64,000 bases of DNA from a virus (Duplodnaviria; Caudoviricetes), in IMG/VR virus record IMGVR_UViG_3300033075_000275, positions 1 to 64,000 of that record; one strand, given 5' to 3'. Both the position numbers and the translations under genes were made by a program. The notes beneath the pieces were generated by a model. It was not told where the DNA came from and did not search any database. It was given only the letters and a program-made list of their open reading frames with translations. Shown one piece after another: positions 62,710 to 64,000 of the stretch. Every line of letters starts with the position of its first letter. Within the stretch, counting starts at the first letter, position 1.

Positions 62710-62835
62710 GCGATTACTGAGAGTAATTGCGGGCGCCCGGCCTAGGCCGGGCTGTCAAGTCCTATTACGATAGATTACGAAAATCACTGAAATTCGCAGA
62801 AAATCCTTGACACGCTGGCCTGTAGGGTGTACCCT
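62710..62835 (+). promoter_or_regulatory. composite repeat/promoter, copy 10
   Basis: GCGATTAC-TGAGA-GTAATTGC; core 62731; TTGACA-17-TACCCT. Confidence 0.88.
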
Positions 62836-62876
62836 AGGGGTAGTCAATGAGATGAAACCGACGGACTACAAGAAGG

Positions 62877-63107
62877 ATGGCTGACTGTATGACATTTCGT
62901 ATTGACACCGCTAAGTTTGGTGACATGCTGCCCAACGGAGCCACCTTCATCGGTAGCCGGTGCAGGGCTAAGGGCGAGTGGATCGTCCTTGCCAACTATC
63001 GGGGAGAGTTTGTAACCTGGGCTTCTACCGTCAACGGTGAAACTTTTTGGGGTAGGTACTTCCAAACCCACATCGTTGACGCCGTTTCCGATTTTCAGAC
63101 GCGGTAA
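62877..63107 (+). CDS. hypothetical protein
   Basis: GAAGG RBS; EFVTW......G.TFWG.YF. Confidence 0.55.
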   Translation: MADCMTFRIDTAKFGDMLPNGATFIGSRCRAKGEWIVLANYRGEFVTWASTVNGETFWGRYFQTHIVDAVSDFQTR

Positions 63108-63209
63108 AGATAGTCCGAAGTGACTAGGCCAAAACCCTAGACAACCCCCCACCAAGCGTGTATCATAGTACACATAAGAGCAAGACCCACCACCATAGTA
63201 GGAGGAACA

Positions 63210-63458
63210 ATGGCCACCACGGTCAAGCCCACCCCGTCCCTCGTCCGCGCGTTCGCTGCGGCTGCCAAGGATCAGGGCCTCGCTCCTGACGACCTGGCTG
63301 TCCACCAGCGCGGCAAGGTTTCCAAGGCGGAGGTCATCTTCTACCTCCACCAGCACCCCGCGACTACGCGCGAACTTGCTACCGGCCTTGGCCTGGAAAT
63401 CGGCAAGCGCGGCGTGATCGCTGAGTCCGTTTTCGCTGCCGTTGCCGACTCTCTCTGA
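63210..63458 (+). CDS. protein with two divergent Lsr2-like DNA-binding motifs
   Basis: VRAFA..QG..V.QRGKVS and TRELATGLGLEIGKRGVIAESV; AGGAGG RBS. Confidence 0.6.
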   Translation: MATTVKPTPSLVRAFAAAAKDQGLAPDDLAVHQRGKVSKAEVIFYLHQHPATTRELATGLGLEIGKRGVIAESVFAAVADSL

Positions 63459-63487
63459 GGGTTGGCACGGCCCAACCCGATTGGAGA

Positions 63488-64000
63488 ATGATGGCAACTA
63501 AGAGAGAGTGGCTAGCGGCTCAGGGCCTAGCAAAGCCCGGCACCCGTGGCCGATTCGGTAAGGCAGCGCATGAGGCTCTAGAGCAGGCAGAAAAGGACGG
63601 CATCGTTTTCGATGACCCGACTCCCAAGCCTGCTAAGGAGGTGGCGACGGAGGGAGCGGAGGCTCCCTCCAAGCCTAGTCGGCCCACGTCTGAGAACGCA
63701 GAAATTAGGGCGTGGGCCAGGGATAACGGATTTACTATCGGTGAGCGCGGCAGAATCTCGGCAGAAATTCTAGCCGCCTACCATGGTGATCCTATTCCAG
63801 ATAATGACTATGTACCACCGCCACCCCAGGTCCGGGTCCGCCCGGCGCGGGTGATGTACGGATTCGACAATGACGGACATAAGATCGGGTTTGCTACCTG
63901 TGGACGATGCGCAGAACACATCTCGTACTGCGAGTGTTCAGAGGGAATCAAGACACCTTTCGGCGTGAACGCTATTGACGAGTCCCTTACGGAGTGGTAC
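63488..64000 (+). CDS. lsr2: Lsr2-like DNA-binding protein, runs off window
   Basis: AEIRAWARDNGFTIGERGRISAEILAAY canonical Lsr2 C-domain plus N-terminal KREWLAAQG..TRGRF; frame open to 64000. Confidence 0.8.
   Translation, partial: MMATKREWLAAQGLAKPGTRGRFGKAAHEALEQAEKDGIVFDDPTPKPAKEVATEGAEAPSKPSRPTSENAEIRAWARDNGFTIGERGRISAEILAAYHGDPIPDNDYVPPPPQVRVRPARVMYGFDNDGHKIGFATCGRCAEHISYCECSEGIKTPFGVNAIDESLTEWY

Noticed and set aside
54420-62835. Repeat series as a CRISPR array
   Set aside because: Intervals are 361-1383 bp, contain genes and tRNAs, and no cas genes are present.
61606-63497. Minus-strand ORFs 61606-62100, 62107-62688, 62844-63497
   Set aside because: Antisense to well-supported plus-strand genes and crossing promoter repeats.
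1-64000. Prophage/integrase, terminase or tmRNA
   Set aside because: No recognisable integrase, terminase Walker motifs or tmRNA ends in this window; they may lie outside it.

Overview
64 kb slice of a large, long-tailed (siphovirus-like) dsDNA phage, most likely of an actinobacterial host (WhiB-like, Lsr2-like and gp88-like genes, many leaderless genes, TANNNT-type -10 boxes). Minus strand, 1-46.3 kb: tRNA cluster 1 with a GT25 glycosyltransferase and an HNH gene; tail fibre and minor tail genes; 1970-aa tape measure; tail chaperone pair with a -1 slippery site; tail tube, neck, major capsid, HK97-type protease/scaffold and portal; extra virion proteins; two tandem cell-wall hydrolases; class II ribonucleotide reductase; GT4 glycosyltransferase. 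Plus strand, 46.4-50.8 kb: SLT/Rpf-like protein, HNH genes, ThyX with a mini-intein, macrodomain protein. From about 50.8 kb the sequence changes abruptly to an accessory/early region. It opens with iteron-like repeats and 11-bp-phased CTTA(A/G)C arrays. Ten copies of a composite regulatory element follow (two covarying palindromes, CTGTCAA-TTACGA, a CRP-like TGTGA-N6-TCAC box, and a sigma70-type promoter in fixed helical phase). Each copy heads a small cassette of short genes or RNAs: acidic DNA-mimic-like protein, tRNA cluster 2 with several structured non-tRNA RNAs, gp88-like, methyltransferase-like, DUF932 and Lsr2-like genes. No terminase, integrase, polymerase or CRISPR array is visible in this window. 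All family calls come from motif recognition by eye; no searches were run.
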